Positions 1 to 9,100 of a stretch of 64,000 nucleotides of DNA are shown here, piece by piece; within the stretch, counting starts at the first letter, position 1; the number at the start of each line of letters is the position of its first letter. The DNA is from Thermoanaerobaculia bacterium (GTDB taxonomy: Bacteria; Acidobacteriota; Thermoanaerobaculia; UBA5066). The stretch is from positions 256,001 to 320,000 of the forward strand of contig CAWFJJ010000030.1 of NCBI GenBank assembly GCA_963816185.1, in the 5' to 3' direction. The position numbers and the translations under genes were made by a program. The notes beneath the pieces were generated by a model. It was not told the DNA's origin and did not search any database. It saw only the letters and a program-made list of their open reading frames with translations.

Positions 1-474
1 AGTCTCCTGATGCATGAGCTCGTGCTCGACGATCGCGTGAAGGGCCTCGTTCCGCTCGGCCTGCGGGTCGTGCGCGGCATCGCGCACGACCGTCGTGATC
101 GCGTCCTCGATCGCCGCCTCCGCGCGACTGACGTAGTCGGAAACGCGCGCCCGAGTGGGCCAGGCGAACGTCGCTCCCTCGCCCTCGTCCTTCGGATCGA
201 TCCCACGCTCGAAGAGGCGCTCGAGCATCGGGTCCACGCCGGGCCGGCCGAGCGCGCCCTTGACGAGCGTGTTCACGACGAATGCGGCGAGATGGCCTTC
301 GTAGAAGACGAACGGGTGCCGGACCGGAATCGGGTTGTCGAACCAGGCGTCTTCCGGAAGGAGCTGATCGAAGAGAACGCGCGTGAAGGCGCGCCCGGCG
401 CGCCAACGCTGGAGCATGTCGTCCCGATCCACGCGAGGAGCGGGCGACGCGGACTTCGACATTGGATTCTTCAT
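1..474 (-). CDS. EgtB/OvoA-like non-heme iron sulfoxide synthase family protein, N-terminal part (runs off the window edge)
   Basis: Translated by hand; missing from the ORF track. MKNPMSK...PIPVRHPFVFYEGHLAAF...LFERGIDP...WPT...EHELMHQET. The HxxxHxE iron motif and RHPxxFYxGH motif are typical of the EgtB/OvoA DinB-like domain. Confidence 0.75.
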   Translation of the reverse strand, partial: MKNPMSKSASPAPRVDRDDMLQRWRAGRAFTRVLFDQLLPEDAWFDNPIPVRHPFVFYEGHLAAFVVNTLVKGALGRPGVDPMLERLFERGIDPKDEGEGATFAWPTRARVSDYVSRAEAAIEDAITTVVRDAAHDPQAERNEALHAIVEHELMHQET

Positions 475-566
475 GCGGATCTCCGTGCAACGCCGATACC
501 CGGCAAACGTTTCAACGGTGGCCTTCCTCTGCTACATTCTCTCCCGTCCCGCGCCGGGAGGCCCGA

Positions 567-857
567 ATGAACGACGACCGCCCGAAGCCCCCCACGACGA
601 GCGAATCCGACGACCAGCACCAGGAGCGCGTGCACGAGGCCTTCGACGACCTCGGCGCGAAGCTGGGAGACCGGGTCTCCCCCGACGCGCGCGCCACCGT
701 CGAGCGCGTCCGCGAGGCCGCCCTCGAGAAAGACGCCGTGAAGCTCCGCGGGCACCTCGAAGACTTGAAGGAGAGGCACGGCTGGCTGTGGGAAGAGCTG
801 ACCGCGCATCCCCGCGTCGCCGCAGTCGTCAACGAGCTCGCGCTGATGGGCCTCTGA
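567..857 (+). CDS. small helical hypothetical protein (96 aa)
   Basis: ATG at 567 after a GGGAGG RBS; host-like codon usage; MNDDRPKP...ELALMGL. Confidence 0.7.
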   Translation: MNDDRPKPPTTSESDDQHQERVHEAFDDLGAKLGDRVSPDARATVERVREAALEKDAVKLRGHLEDLKERHGWLWEELTAHPRVAAVVNELALMGL

Positions 858-1777
858 AGACGCCGCGGTCCTTCCCGATCTTCCTGCACGGGGAGCGCTT
901 CAGCTACCAGAGGGCGGGACGCGGCCCCCTCGTCGTGCTGCTCCATGGGATCGCGGGCACCTCGTCCACGTGGGACGCGGTCATCCCGCGCCTCGCCGAG
1001 CACTACGACGTCCTCGCCCCGGATCTCCTGGGACACGGCGAATCCGCGAAACCGCACGGGGACTATTCGCTCGGAGCGTACGCGAACGTCGTACGCGATC
1101 TGCTCGAAGTGCTCGGAATGGGGCCGGCGACGATCGTCGGGCATTCGCTCGGCGGCGGAATCGCGATGCAGTTCGCATATCAGTTCATCGAGCGCTGCGA
1201 GCGCCTCGTTCTCGTCGACAGCGGGGGCCTCGGCCGCGAGGTACACCCGCTGCTCCGGGCCGCGACGCTTCCGGGGGCCGAGCTCGTGCTCCCCTGGCTC
1301 AGCAAGACGACCAGTCGCGGCGTGGACGCCCTCATCCGGGGCATGAGTCGCCTGGGCATCCGGGCGGGACCCGACCTCGACGAGACGTGGCGCAGCTTCG
1401 TTTCGCTCGAAGAGCCCGCGGCCCGGCGCGCGTTCATCCAGACGGTTCGGGGTGTGATGGATTACGGCGGGCAGCGCGTGAGCGCGAACGAACGCCTGTA
1501 CCTCGCCGAAGGACTGCCGACTTTGATCGTCTGGGGCGAGAAGGACCCGCTCATTCCCGTGCGGCATGCGCGCGAAGCGCACGAGCGGATGGCGGGGAGC
1601 CGACTGGAGATCTTCCCCGACGCCGGCCACTTCCCGTACCGCGACGACCCGGAGCGGTTCGTCTCCGTTCTCATCGACTTCATCGGGACGACGAGGCCTT
1701 TGCGTGCGGACACGAAGCGCCTGCGCGAGCGGCTGCGGGCCGGGCCGGTCACGCCTTCTTCGGCTCCCTCTTCTTGA
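854..1777 (+). CDS. alpha/beta fold hydrolase
   Basis: LLHGIAG, PDLLGHGES, GHSLGG nucleophile elbow, WGEKDPLIP, AGHFP. Start uncertain: CTG at 854 overlaps the upstream TGA. Confidence 0.9.
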   Translation: MKTPRSFPIFLHGERFSYQRAGRGPLVVLLHGIAGTSSTWDAVIPRLAEHYDVLAPDLLGHGESAKPHGDYSLGAYANVVRDLLEVLGMGPATIVGHSLGGGIAMQFAYQFIERCERLVLVDSGGLGREVHPLLRAATLPGAELVLPWLSKTTSRGVDALIRGMSRLGIRAGPDLDETWRSFVSLEEPAARRAFIQTVRGVMDYGGQRVSANERLYLAEGLPTLIVWGEKDPLIPVRHAREAHERMAGSRLEIFPDAGHFPYRDDPERFVSVLIDFIGTTRPLRADTKRLRERLRAGPVTPSSAPSS

Positions 1778-2516
1778 ACACCCACGCCATCAGCACCCCC
1801 AGCAAATAGAGCGCGCACATCGGCAGGGCGAAGGCGCACTGCGTGGGGATGTCGGGCGTGGGCGTGATGAGCGCGGCGACGATGAAGATGATGAGGACGG
1901 CGTAGCGGAACTTCGAGAGCAGCCACTTCTCGGTCACGACACCCATGCGCGCGAGGAAGAAGATGAGGATCGGCGTCTCGAAGACGAGCCCCATGCCGAG
2001 GAGCAGCTTCGACGTGATGTCGAGGTAGTCCTCGATCTTGAGGACCGGCATGAAGTCCTCGCCCGTCGCCACGAGGAACTTCGCCACCATCGGGAAGCCC
2101 ACGGCGTAGCCGAAGTACCCGCCGCCCACGAAGAAGACGACGGACATGATCACGAACGGCCACACCCACTTCCGCTCGTGGCGGTAGAGCCCCGGCGCGA
2201 TGAAGAGCCAGACCTGGTAGAGGATCACCGGGCTCGCCACGAAAACGCCCGCGAGGAGGGCGATGTTGATGTAGAGCATGAAGGGCTCGGTGAGCTGCGT
2301 GTACGCGAGCTTCGTCCCGGGCGGCAGGGCCGAGAGAACGGGCTTCTCGAGCCACTGGAAGATCTCCTTCGACCTCCACCAGCACAGGAGGAAGCCGACC
2401 GCGATCGCGAGGGCCGAGACGAAGAGCCGTTTGCGGAGATCCTCGAGATGCTCGAGGAACGACATCCGCGGGAGCTCTTCTTCCCCGTCTTCCTTTCTCG
2501 GAGAGTCGTCCGTCAC
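1749..2516 (-). CDS. tatC: twin-arginine translocase subunit TatC
   Basis: MSFLEHLEDLRKRL, FIAPGLYRHE, FETP, ITPTPD motifs; 6 TM segments. Confidence 0.97.
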   Translation of the reverse strand: MTDDSPRKEDGEEELPRMSFLEHLEDLRKRLFVSALAIAVGFLLCWWRSKEIFQWLEKPVLSALPPGTKLAYTQLTEPFMLYINIALLAGVFVASPVILYQVWLFIAPGLYRHERKWVWPFVIMSVVFFVGGGYFGYAVGFPMVAKFLVATGEDFMPVLKIEDYLDITSKLLLGMGLVFETPILIFFLARMGVVTEKWLLSKFRYAVLIIFIVAALITPTPDIPTQCAFALPMCALYLLGVLMAWVFKKREPKKA

Positions 2517-2851
2517 GACGGCGTCTGCGGCGTCGTGGCGGGCGCGGGCTCGGCGGCTTTCTGCTGGGCCACGGCGCCTTCGGCGGGCGCGAGGGCGGGC
2601 GCTTCAGGCTTCGGCTCCGGCTTCGGCTCGAGCTTCAGGTCGGGCTTCAGATCGCTCGAGATCGAGTCGAGGCCGGCCTGCGCCTTATCCATCTCGTCCT
2701 GGATCGAGCGCTTGAGGTCGTTCGAGGCGCGCTTGAACTCTCCGAGCGCCTTTCCGACCTGCTTCCCGATCTCGGGCAGCTTCTTCGGGCCGAAAAGAAG
2801 CAGCGCCAGAAGCATGATCATCATGAGCTCCGGCATGCCGAGATTGCCCAT
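2513..2851 (-). CDS. tatA: TatA/TatB family translocase subunit
   Basis: LGMPELMMIMLLALLLFGPKKLPEIGKQVGKALGEFKRA; overlaps the tatC start (could be the TatB paralog). Confidence 0.88.
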   Translation of the reverse strand: MGNLGMPELMMIMLLALLLFGPKKLPEIGKQVGKALGEFKRASNDLKRSIQDEMDKAQAGLDSISSDLKPDLKLEPKPEPKPEAPALAPAEGAVAQQKAAEPAPATTPQTPS

Positions 2852-2956
2852 CGAGGCGCCTCCTGCGCGTCCGCGATGCTCCGACGGCGCCCCGGCGAAG
2901 TCAAGAAGCCCTTCCCACGCGTGCTACGCTTCCTGCGGCCTGGGAGGGCTTCCACC

Positions 2957-4612
2957 GTGACCGATCCGACCCGCCGTTCCGCTCGCCGCCTGCTCGCCGC
3001 CGCCGCCTTTCTCCTCACGGTCACCGTGGCCGGCGGAATCGCGGGCGGACGCCTCGGGGCCGCCTCCGACGCGTCGAATCCGGGATTCAAGGAATATTCC
3101 GACATCCTCGCGACGGCGCGGGCCTGGTACGCCGACGACGTTCCGGCGAACAAGCTCGTCTACGCGTCGATACACGGGATGCTCGGCACGCTCGACCCGC
3201 ACACGAACTTCCTCGAGCCCGAGGAGTACTCCTCGATGGTCGAGAAGCAGCGCGGCTCGTTCTACGGGCTCGGCATCATCATCAGCAAGCGCAACGGCAA
3301 GGTCACGGTCATCACGCCCGTCGAGGGCTCGCCCGCCGAGCGCCTCGGCATCCGCGCGGGCGACGTCATCGACCGCGTCGAGGGGCAGAGCATCGACGAC
3401 CTCCCGGTCGACGCCGTCGTCAAGAAGCTCAAGGGCCCGAAGGGCACGAAGGTGAACATCACGATCCTGAGGCCGGGGCTCGAAGAGCCTCTCCAGATGA
3501 CGGTCACGCGCGCGGAGATCCCCACGAACTCCGTCTCGTACGCCTTCATGGTCGAGCCGGGCGTCGGGTACATCCGCCTGAAGGACTTCACGCACACGTC
3601 CGCGCCCGAGCTCCAGGAGACCTGGGAGAAGCTCGCGAAGCTGGGCATGAAGAAGCTCGTTTTCGACCTGCGCGGAAACCCCGGCGGGCTCCTCGACCAG
3701 GCCATCGCCGTGTCGGACTTCTTCCTCACGAAGAACGAGAAAGTCGTCGTGACGCGCGGCCGGAACGGCGCCCAGGAGCAGAGCTTCACGGCTCCCGGCA
3801 AGAACACCCACTCGCGCATCCCCGTCGTCGTCCTCGTCAACAAAGGCTCCGCGTCGGCGTCCGAGATCGTGGCCGGCGCGCTCCAGGACCATGATCGCGC
3901 CGTCATCGCGGGCCAGACGAGCTGGGGAAAGGGCCTCGTGCAGTCCGTCTACAACCTCTCGGACGGCGCCGGCCTCGCACTCACGTCGGCGAAGTACTAC
4001 ACGCCCTCCGGCCGCTGCATCCAGCGCGACTACAAGGACGTTCTCGAGTACCTCTCCCCCGAGGACGAGGACAGCGAGGGCGAGGAGACCGGACCCGCGC
4101 GCGAGGCACCCTCCACCCAGAGGAAGGAATCCTTCCGGACGGAGTCCGGAAGAATCGTCTACGGCGGCGGCGGCATCACGCCCGACGTCTTCGTGAAGGC
4201 GCCCACGCTCTCGCACTTCGCGGCCATGCTCTATGCGCGCGGCCTCTTCTTCGAGTTCGCGGTGGACTATCGTGCGAAGCACCCCGACATCCCGCGCGAT
4301 TTCCAGGTGACGCCCGCCATTCGCGAGGAGTTCTACAAGTTCGTCGACGCCAAGCCCGGCCTGCCGTTCGAGGGCAAGACGAAGACGTCGTACGAGGCCG
4401 AACCCGACCCCTCGATGCTCGACCGCGCCATCCAAGAGGAGCTGCTCACGGCGGCGTACGGGCGGGAAGCCGGCTATCGGGTGCAGATGGAAGGCGACGT
4501 CCAGCTCAAGAAGGCCCTCACGCTTTTCCCCGAGGCCGAGAAGCTCGCGATGGCCCACCAGCAGATGCAGCTCGCGAAGAACTCCGACCTGAAGGGGCCG
4601 GTGAAGCCGTAG
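2957..4612 (+). CDS. S41 family carboxyl-terminal processing protease (PDZ + peptidase)
   Basis: GTG at 2957 after GGGAGG; LDPHT, GLGI PDZ motif, DLRGNPGG, SASASEIVAGALQD, GKGLVQ. Confidence 0.95.
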   Translation: MTDPTRRSARRLLAAAAFLLTVTVAGGIAGGRLGAASDASNPGFKEYSDILATARAWYADDVPANKLVYASIHGMLGTLDPHTNFLEPEEYSSMVEKQRGSFYGLGIIISKRNGKVTVITPVEGSPAERLGIRAGDVIDRVEGQSIDDLPVDAVVKKLKGPKGTKVNITILRPGLEEPLQMTVTRAEIPTNSVSYAFMVEPGVGYIRLKDFTHTSAPELQETWEKLAKLGMKKLVFDLRGNPGGLLDQAIAVSDFFLTKNEKVVVTRGRNGAQEQSFTAPGKNTHSRIPVVVLVNKGSASASEIVAGALQDHDRAVIAGQTSWGKGLVQSVYNLSDGAGLALTSAKYYTPSGRCIQRDYKDVLEYLSPEDEDSEGEETGPAREAPSTQRKESFRTESGRIVYGGGGITPDVFVKAPTLSHFAAMLYARGLFFEFAVDYRAKHPDIPRDFQVTPAIREEFYKFVDAKPGLPFEGKTKTSYEAEPDPSMLDRAIQEELLTAAYGREAGYRVQMEGDVQLKKALTLFPEAEKLAMAHQQMQLAKNSDLKGPVKP

Positions 4613-5132
4613 AAGAGCTGGGCCTCACCAGGAACCACCACAACAGGAACGCCGCCGCGTAGCACCCCACGAACCGCCAGAAGTGCGTGGCGGTGGCCCA
4701 GACGTTCCGCGCGAAGGCGCCGTAGTACGCCGCGCTCCACGCTCCGAGGCGCGTCGCGTAGAAGCTCTCCACGGCGGCGACGAGCGCGAGAACGTGCAGC
4801 GCGAAGAGGACCGCGAGGCTCACGACGGCCCCGCGGACCGCGCGGTCGCGGAACAGGCCCCGCGTCGTGGCCGCGAGCGTCAGGAAGAGGATGACGTCGA
4901 ACGTCAGATCGTCGGCCGGCAGCGACGGCCGGTCGGACGTGGACGGGAAGTCGGCCCGATCGATCACGATGCGCCTTTCCTCGGCGTAGAGCCGCGTTGC
5001 GCGCGGCCGCTCGACGGCGCGGATCAGGCTCTCGGCAAACCCCGCGAGTAGGCGGTTGTAGGCCGGCGTCGCCGCCCACCAGAGCGCGAGACCGACCGCG
5101 AAGCCGGCGAGGGCTCTAGCCGCGAGCTTCAG
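4518..5132 (-). CDS. exosortase H-associated membrane protein (putative)
   Basis: The reading frame extends upstream of the track ORF to a CTG at 5132 preceded by GGAGG (LKLAARALAGFAVGLALWW...). Multi-TM, directly downstream of the exosortase; its 3' end overlaps the S41 gene. Confidence 0.65.
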   Translation of the reverse strand: MKLAARALAGFAVGLALWWAATPAYNRLLAGFAESLIRAVERPRATRLYAEERRIVIDRADFPSTSDRPSLPADDLTFDVILFLTLAATTRGLFRDRAVRGAVVSLAVLFALHVLALVAAVESFYATRLGAWSAAYYGAFARNVWATATHFWRFVGCYAAAFLLWWFLVRPSSSTASPAPSGRSSSRAASAGGPSRASRPRGKA

Positions 5133-5622
5133 CTCGGCCTCCGCCTCCCGCGCGCCGGCTCCAGGCGAGGAAGATCCCGACGGCGAGCAGGATCAGGGCC
5201 GTCTGCCAGATCGCCGCGTGAAACAGCTCGAAGACGTCGCGATGATGAACGCCGAGCCAGAACAGCGAGACGATGCGGAACAGATTCACGCCCTGGATCA
5301 ACGCGAGCCCCGCGGCGATTCCCAGCGCGCGCTGCTTCGCCGATGCGGGAAAAGCGAGCATCGCGGCCACGAGGAGGAGCGCCGCCTCGATCCCGTTGCA
5401 CCCGTTCTTGACGTCCACCGCGAACGCGGGGGACTGGATGACCGTGCCGAAGGACTGCGCCCTCTCGCCGAGCGCGGCGAGGAGCGCCGTCGAGACGCGC
5501 ACGAGGAGCTCCGTGAACGGCACGACGACGCGGTCGTTCACCGGCTGGATCGCGACAAGGAGATAGAACGCACCGAGGGCGACGACGAACCGGATCAGGA
5601 ACTTCTTCTGCGCGGGCTGCAT
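5116..5622 (-). CDS. xrtH: exosortase H (IPTL-CTERM type transpeptidase)
   Basis: GCNGIEA catalytic Cys, LAFP, NLFRIVSLF (Arg), FELFH..WQ (His); short 168-aa exosortase architecture. Confidence 0.85.
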   Translation of the reverse strand: MQPAQKKFLIRFVVALGAFYLLVAIQPVNDRVVVPFTELLVRVSTALLAALGERAQSFGTVIQSPAFAVDVKNGCNGIEAALLLVAAMLAFPASAKQRALGIAAGLALIQGVNLFRIVSLFWLGVHHRDVFELFHAAIWQTALILLAVGIFLAWSRRAGGGGRAEARG

Positions 5623-5738
5623 CGAAACGGGATGAGGATAAGGGTTTTTTGCTTCGGAGCGCGCCTTCGGCGCGCCGGAGGAGCGAGGGGTTCTCTATTC
5701 GGCGCCCCCGGCGGCTGCCCGGTACGCGTCCTCGGGCT

Positions 5739-6140
5739 TCAGCGCATGGCTGAGAAGTAGAGAAACGCCACGTACGCCAGCCCCGCTAGCACGGCGCCGA
5801 TGATGACCCGCTTCATCCAGAGTTCGATGCGATCAAGTACCCTGCCGCCCTGCCACCATCGTATCGGCGGCTCATCTTCCCGCAGTTCCTCGATATCACA
5901 GGTGTGGCCGCTGGCAGCGGCCGAGACTTCGCCGCAGACAGGGCACTTTTCGTATTCACAATCCGGTACATGGAACTGGCCCCGTTCAACGCCGCAGCCA
6001 TTGCAGGGCGCATCCCCCCACCCCGCGCCTTCATCACCATACTTGATCCGGGGAACTTGCTTTCCATTTACGGTGTAATGGGTAAGCGCCTGTGCGTTGG
6101 CGATCCGCTTCTTCCAGGCCTCGCTCGTCTGCCTTCTCAT
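5739..6140 (-). CDS. putative Rhs immunity protein; Cys-rich (probable Zn-binding) with C-terminal TM helix
   Basis: ATGA overlap with the Rhs stop; CNGC..H..C...CPVC motif; hydrophobic C-terminus VIIGAVLAGLAYVAFLYF; lower GC than the backbone. Confidence 0.65.
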   Translation of the reverse strand: MRRQTSEAWKKRIANAQALTHYTVNGKQVPRIKYGDEGAGWGDAPCNGCGVERGQFHVPDCEYEKCPVCGEVSAAASGHTCDIEELREDEPPIRWWQGGRVLDRIELWMKRVIIGAVLAGLAYVAFLYFSAMR

Positions 6141-9100
6141 TTCTGTGGTCCGTCACAGCAGAGCTCGTTCAGGTATCCGATCACACCGCCGGAGACACCT
6201 CCAGCGACCGGTGCCCCAAAGATCAGACGTCTAATGAAGGCCTCGGCCCAGAGAGTGCCGGGCTTTCCATTCATGTAGCTGTTGAGCGCCTTTGGGATTG
6301 CTATTAGTCTCCAGGCTTCGTTGCTTCCCCCAAACCTCTGGGCAGTAAGCCAGTGGTGAAGATCCCACTTGATGCCGAGGTGTTCGGCGCCCCCCAGCGT
6401 CTTCCAGAAGCGGGCACTAACGGTGGAGAATTTGCGGGTCTCATTCAAGAGCCTCGGGCCTGCCAATGCATTACCAGCTCCACGCAACGGAAGGGGCGCA
6501 GCGATGCTCAGCCCCTTGAGTAGAGAGAGCGCTCCTTTAACAACGCCACACAAAGTGTCCCCACTACCAAAGTGCTCACCTGACTGTTGGGCTTCAGCCA
6601 TTCCGGCGGTTCTGAGCAACGCGGCGGCTATTGACGCACCTGCTGCGGCGAGCGGGTCAGTCGACGTTTTGGCAACGTCGTCGTAGAAGGCTAGTGTGGC
6701 GCGTATATCCCAATAGTCGCCAAACTCCGCTCCTAATGGGTCTACCCAGTGAGAAGGCGCACGTCCAGCATAGGAGTAGAAACTACTGTCAACTGCGGGG
6801 CCGAATGGATCCTCCGCAGTGAATCTCCCGGCTCCCGCCTGGTAATACCTAGCCCTGTAGAACCACAGTCCCGCTTCAGCGAACTCGCGTCCCGTGTATC
6901 CGAACGCACTGAAGCGCGTGCCGGTCTCGGTCCGTGTCACGCCCCAGACGTCAAAGATCGAGTGGTGAGTGAGGGTGCCGGCTGGACTGTTTTCGCCTAC
7001 GTCCGTTCCGAGTCCATCGACGTCGATATACGAAAGCGTTCCTGCGCGGTAGAGCGCGAGCGGCTCGTCGATTGAGGGCCCGAAGGCGTAGTCGGTGTTT
7101 GTGCCTGACGTTGTTTCTCTGATGAGATTTAGGCCGTCGTAGAGATAGGTAGTCGTGACCCCGCCAACAGTCTTCGAGATACGTCTCCCCTGGTAGTCGT
7201 AGGTGTAGGCGGCGCCTGTCGCACCCGTGATCGATCGCAGGCGATTATCGAAGTCGGACGAGAACACGTAGTTCCCACTCGGCCCGCTGCGTGCGGTCTG
7301 GTTTCCGTTCAGGTCGAACGCGTAGGCGTTCGCGCCATCGTTCTGAGAGCTCTTGCCCGTCGAGCGGGTTCGCCCCGTTCTTGAAGTACGTATAGCTCTG
7401 GATGGCGGCGTTCACTTGGTTCGTCAGCCTATTCCCGATGGCGTCGTAGGTCCACTGATCTACCTCGCCGTTGAAGGGCGGCGCGGCCGGATACTGAGCC
7501 TTCACGAGCTGGTAGAGCGGATCATACGAGTACTTCGTCTGTGCGTTCGTGAAGCCCTGGTTCGGGACGTTGGCGGTCATCGAGACCCTCTGCCCGAGCA
7601 TAGTGTTCAGCCCCGTCACCCAGTCGACATCGTAGCCGTAGGCGTACGTGGCGAGGTTCTTGGCGCCGAGGGCGTTCGCGATCTGGGTGAGCCGCCCCTG
7701 GTCGTCGTAGACGTACGTCCGCGTCTGCCCGTTCGGGAACGTCACCGTCTGGTACTGCCCCCGCGGGGTGTAAGCGTACTTGAAGAGCCCCGCCTGCGGG
7801 CTCCAGGAGATCGTGTTGAGCGAGCCGTCGGAATAATAGGTGTGCGCCGTCGTGACGTTGGGGGTGCCGGCGATAGTCATCGTGTCAACCCGGTCGTCGG
7901 GGGTGTACGTATAGCTCAGCGTTCCGCGCGGACCTTGGACGTTCTGGGCGACGCGGTAGCTCGTGTCGTACCCGAACGTGTGGGTCTCGCTCGGGGTGAG
8001 GGTGGTGTCGACGACCTGCGTCAGCTTCTGGCCCTGATACGTGTACGTGATGGTCCCGTTGGAGCCGTAGTCCTTCTTCTTGAGGCGCTTGAAGCCGTCG
8101 TACGTGTACGCGATCGTCTGCCCCCTGCGGTCAGTCTTCGACGCCAGGAGGCCGCCTCCCCCGTAGGCATAGCTCTCGATCGAGCCATCGGGGAACGTCG
8201 TCTTATCGAGCCGCTTGAGCGGATCGTAGTGGTAGCTCGTGACGTTGCCGTTGGCGTCGGTGATGGAGGTTAGGACGTCGTTCATGTAGGCGTAGGTCGT
8301 GACGTTGTTCAGGGCGTCGATCGACTTCAGGAGCCGCCCGTGCTGGTCATAGCCGAGTTTCGTGAGTCTTCCGTTGGGATCCGTGATGTTCGTGAAGACG
8401 AGGCCCGAAGCGCTGTCGTAATTGTCGTAGGTGTAAGTGGTCGTGAAGCTGCCCGGGAAGCTCGGCGTGGGTTTCGGCAGGGTGACTGTGAGCACGCGGC
8501 CGAGGGCGTCGTAAGTGTATGTCGTGTCCTTGGCCGCGGGATCCGTGATCGTCCGCGAACGCCCGACGCCGTCGTAGTTCGAGTACTGCGTGATGGGGCG
8601 GATGCCGGAGTCGGCGTTCGTAGGTTGGGTCACAGTGGTGAGGTTCGCACCCGTATAGGCGTAGTTCGTCACCGCGCCTGTCGATGAAGTTTGCTGCGTG
8701 ACACGGCCCTGCGCGTCGTATTGGAACGTGGAAATGGTACTCGTCGTCGCGCCGTCGCTCTGGAGGCGCTTAACGTGGTTCAGGGTGCCCGACGCGAGGT
8801 AGTCGTAGCGCCAGCCTTGCCAGTTAGGTTCGAAGACCCCGGAGACAGGATTCTTCGGCGTGACCGAGGTGACCTTGTCGGGGAAGGCAGGGTCGTACGT
8901 GTAGTCGAAGCGCACGGGGGACCCGAGCACGTCGCGCGTCACGCTCGTGACGCGGCCGGCCGGGTCGTACGTGAAGTCGGTCCTCACGCCAACCTCGTCG
9001 ATGATCCTCGTGACGTTTCCGTCGCTGTCGTAGTCCTTGTGGGTCGTCCCCGAGCCGCCTGTCGCAGGGGGGGTGCTGTCTACAAGCAGGCCGGCGCCGC

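Noticed and set aside
5659-5736. GCGCGCC-TTC-GGCGCGC hairpin and a short PEDAYRAAAGGAE* frame as a terminator or third displaced gene end
   Set aside because: The T-run is on the wrong side for terminating the minus-strand genes, and the 14-codon frame matches no gene in this window; too short to support.
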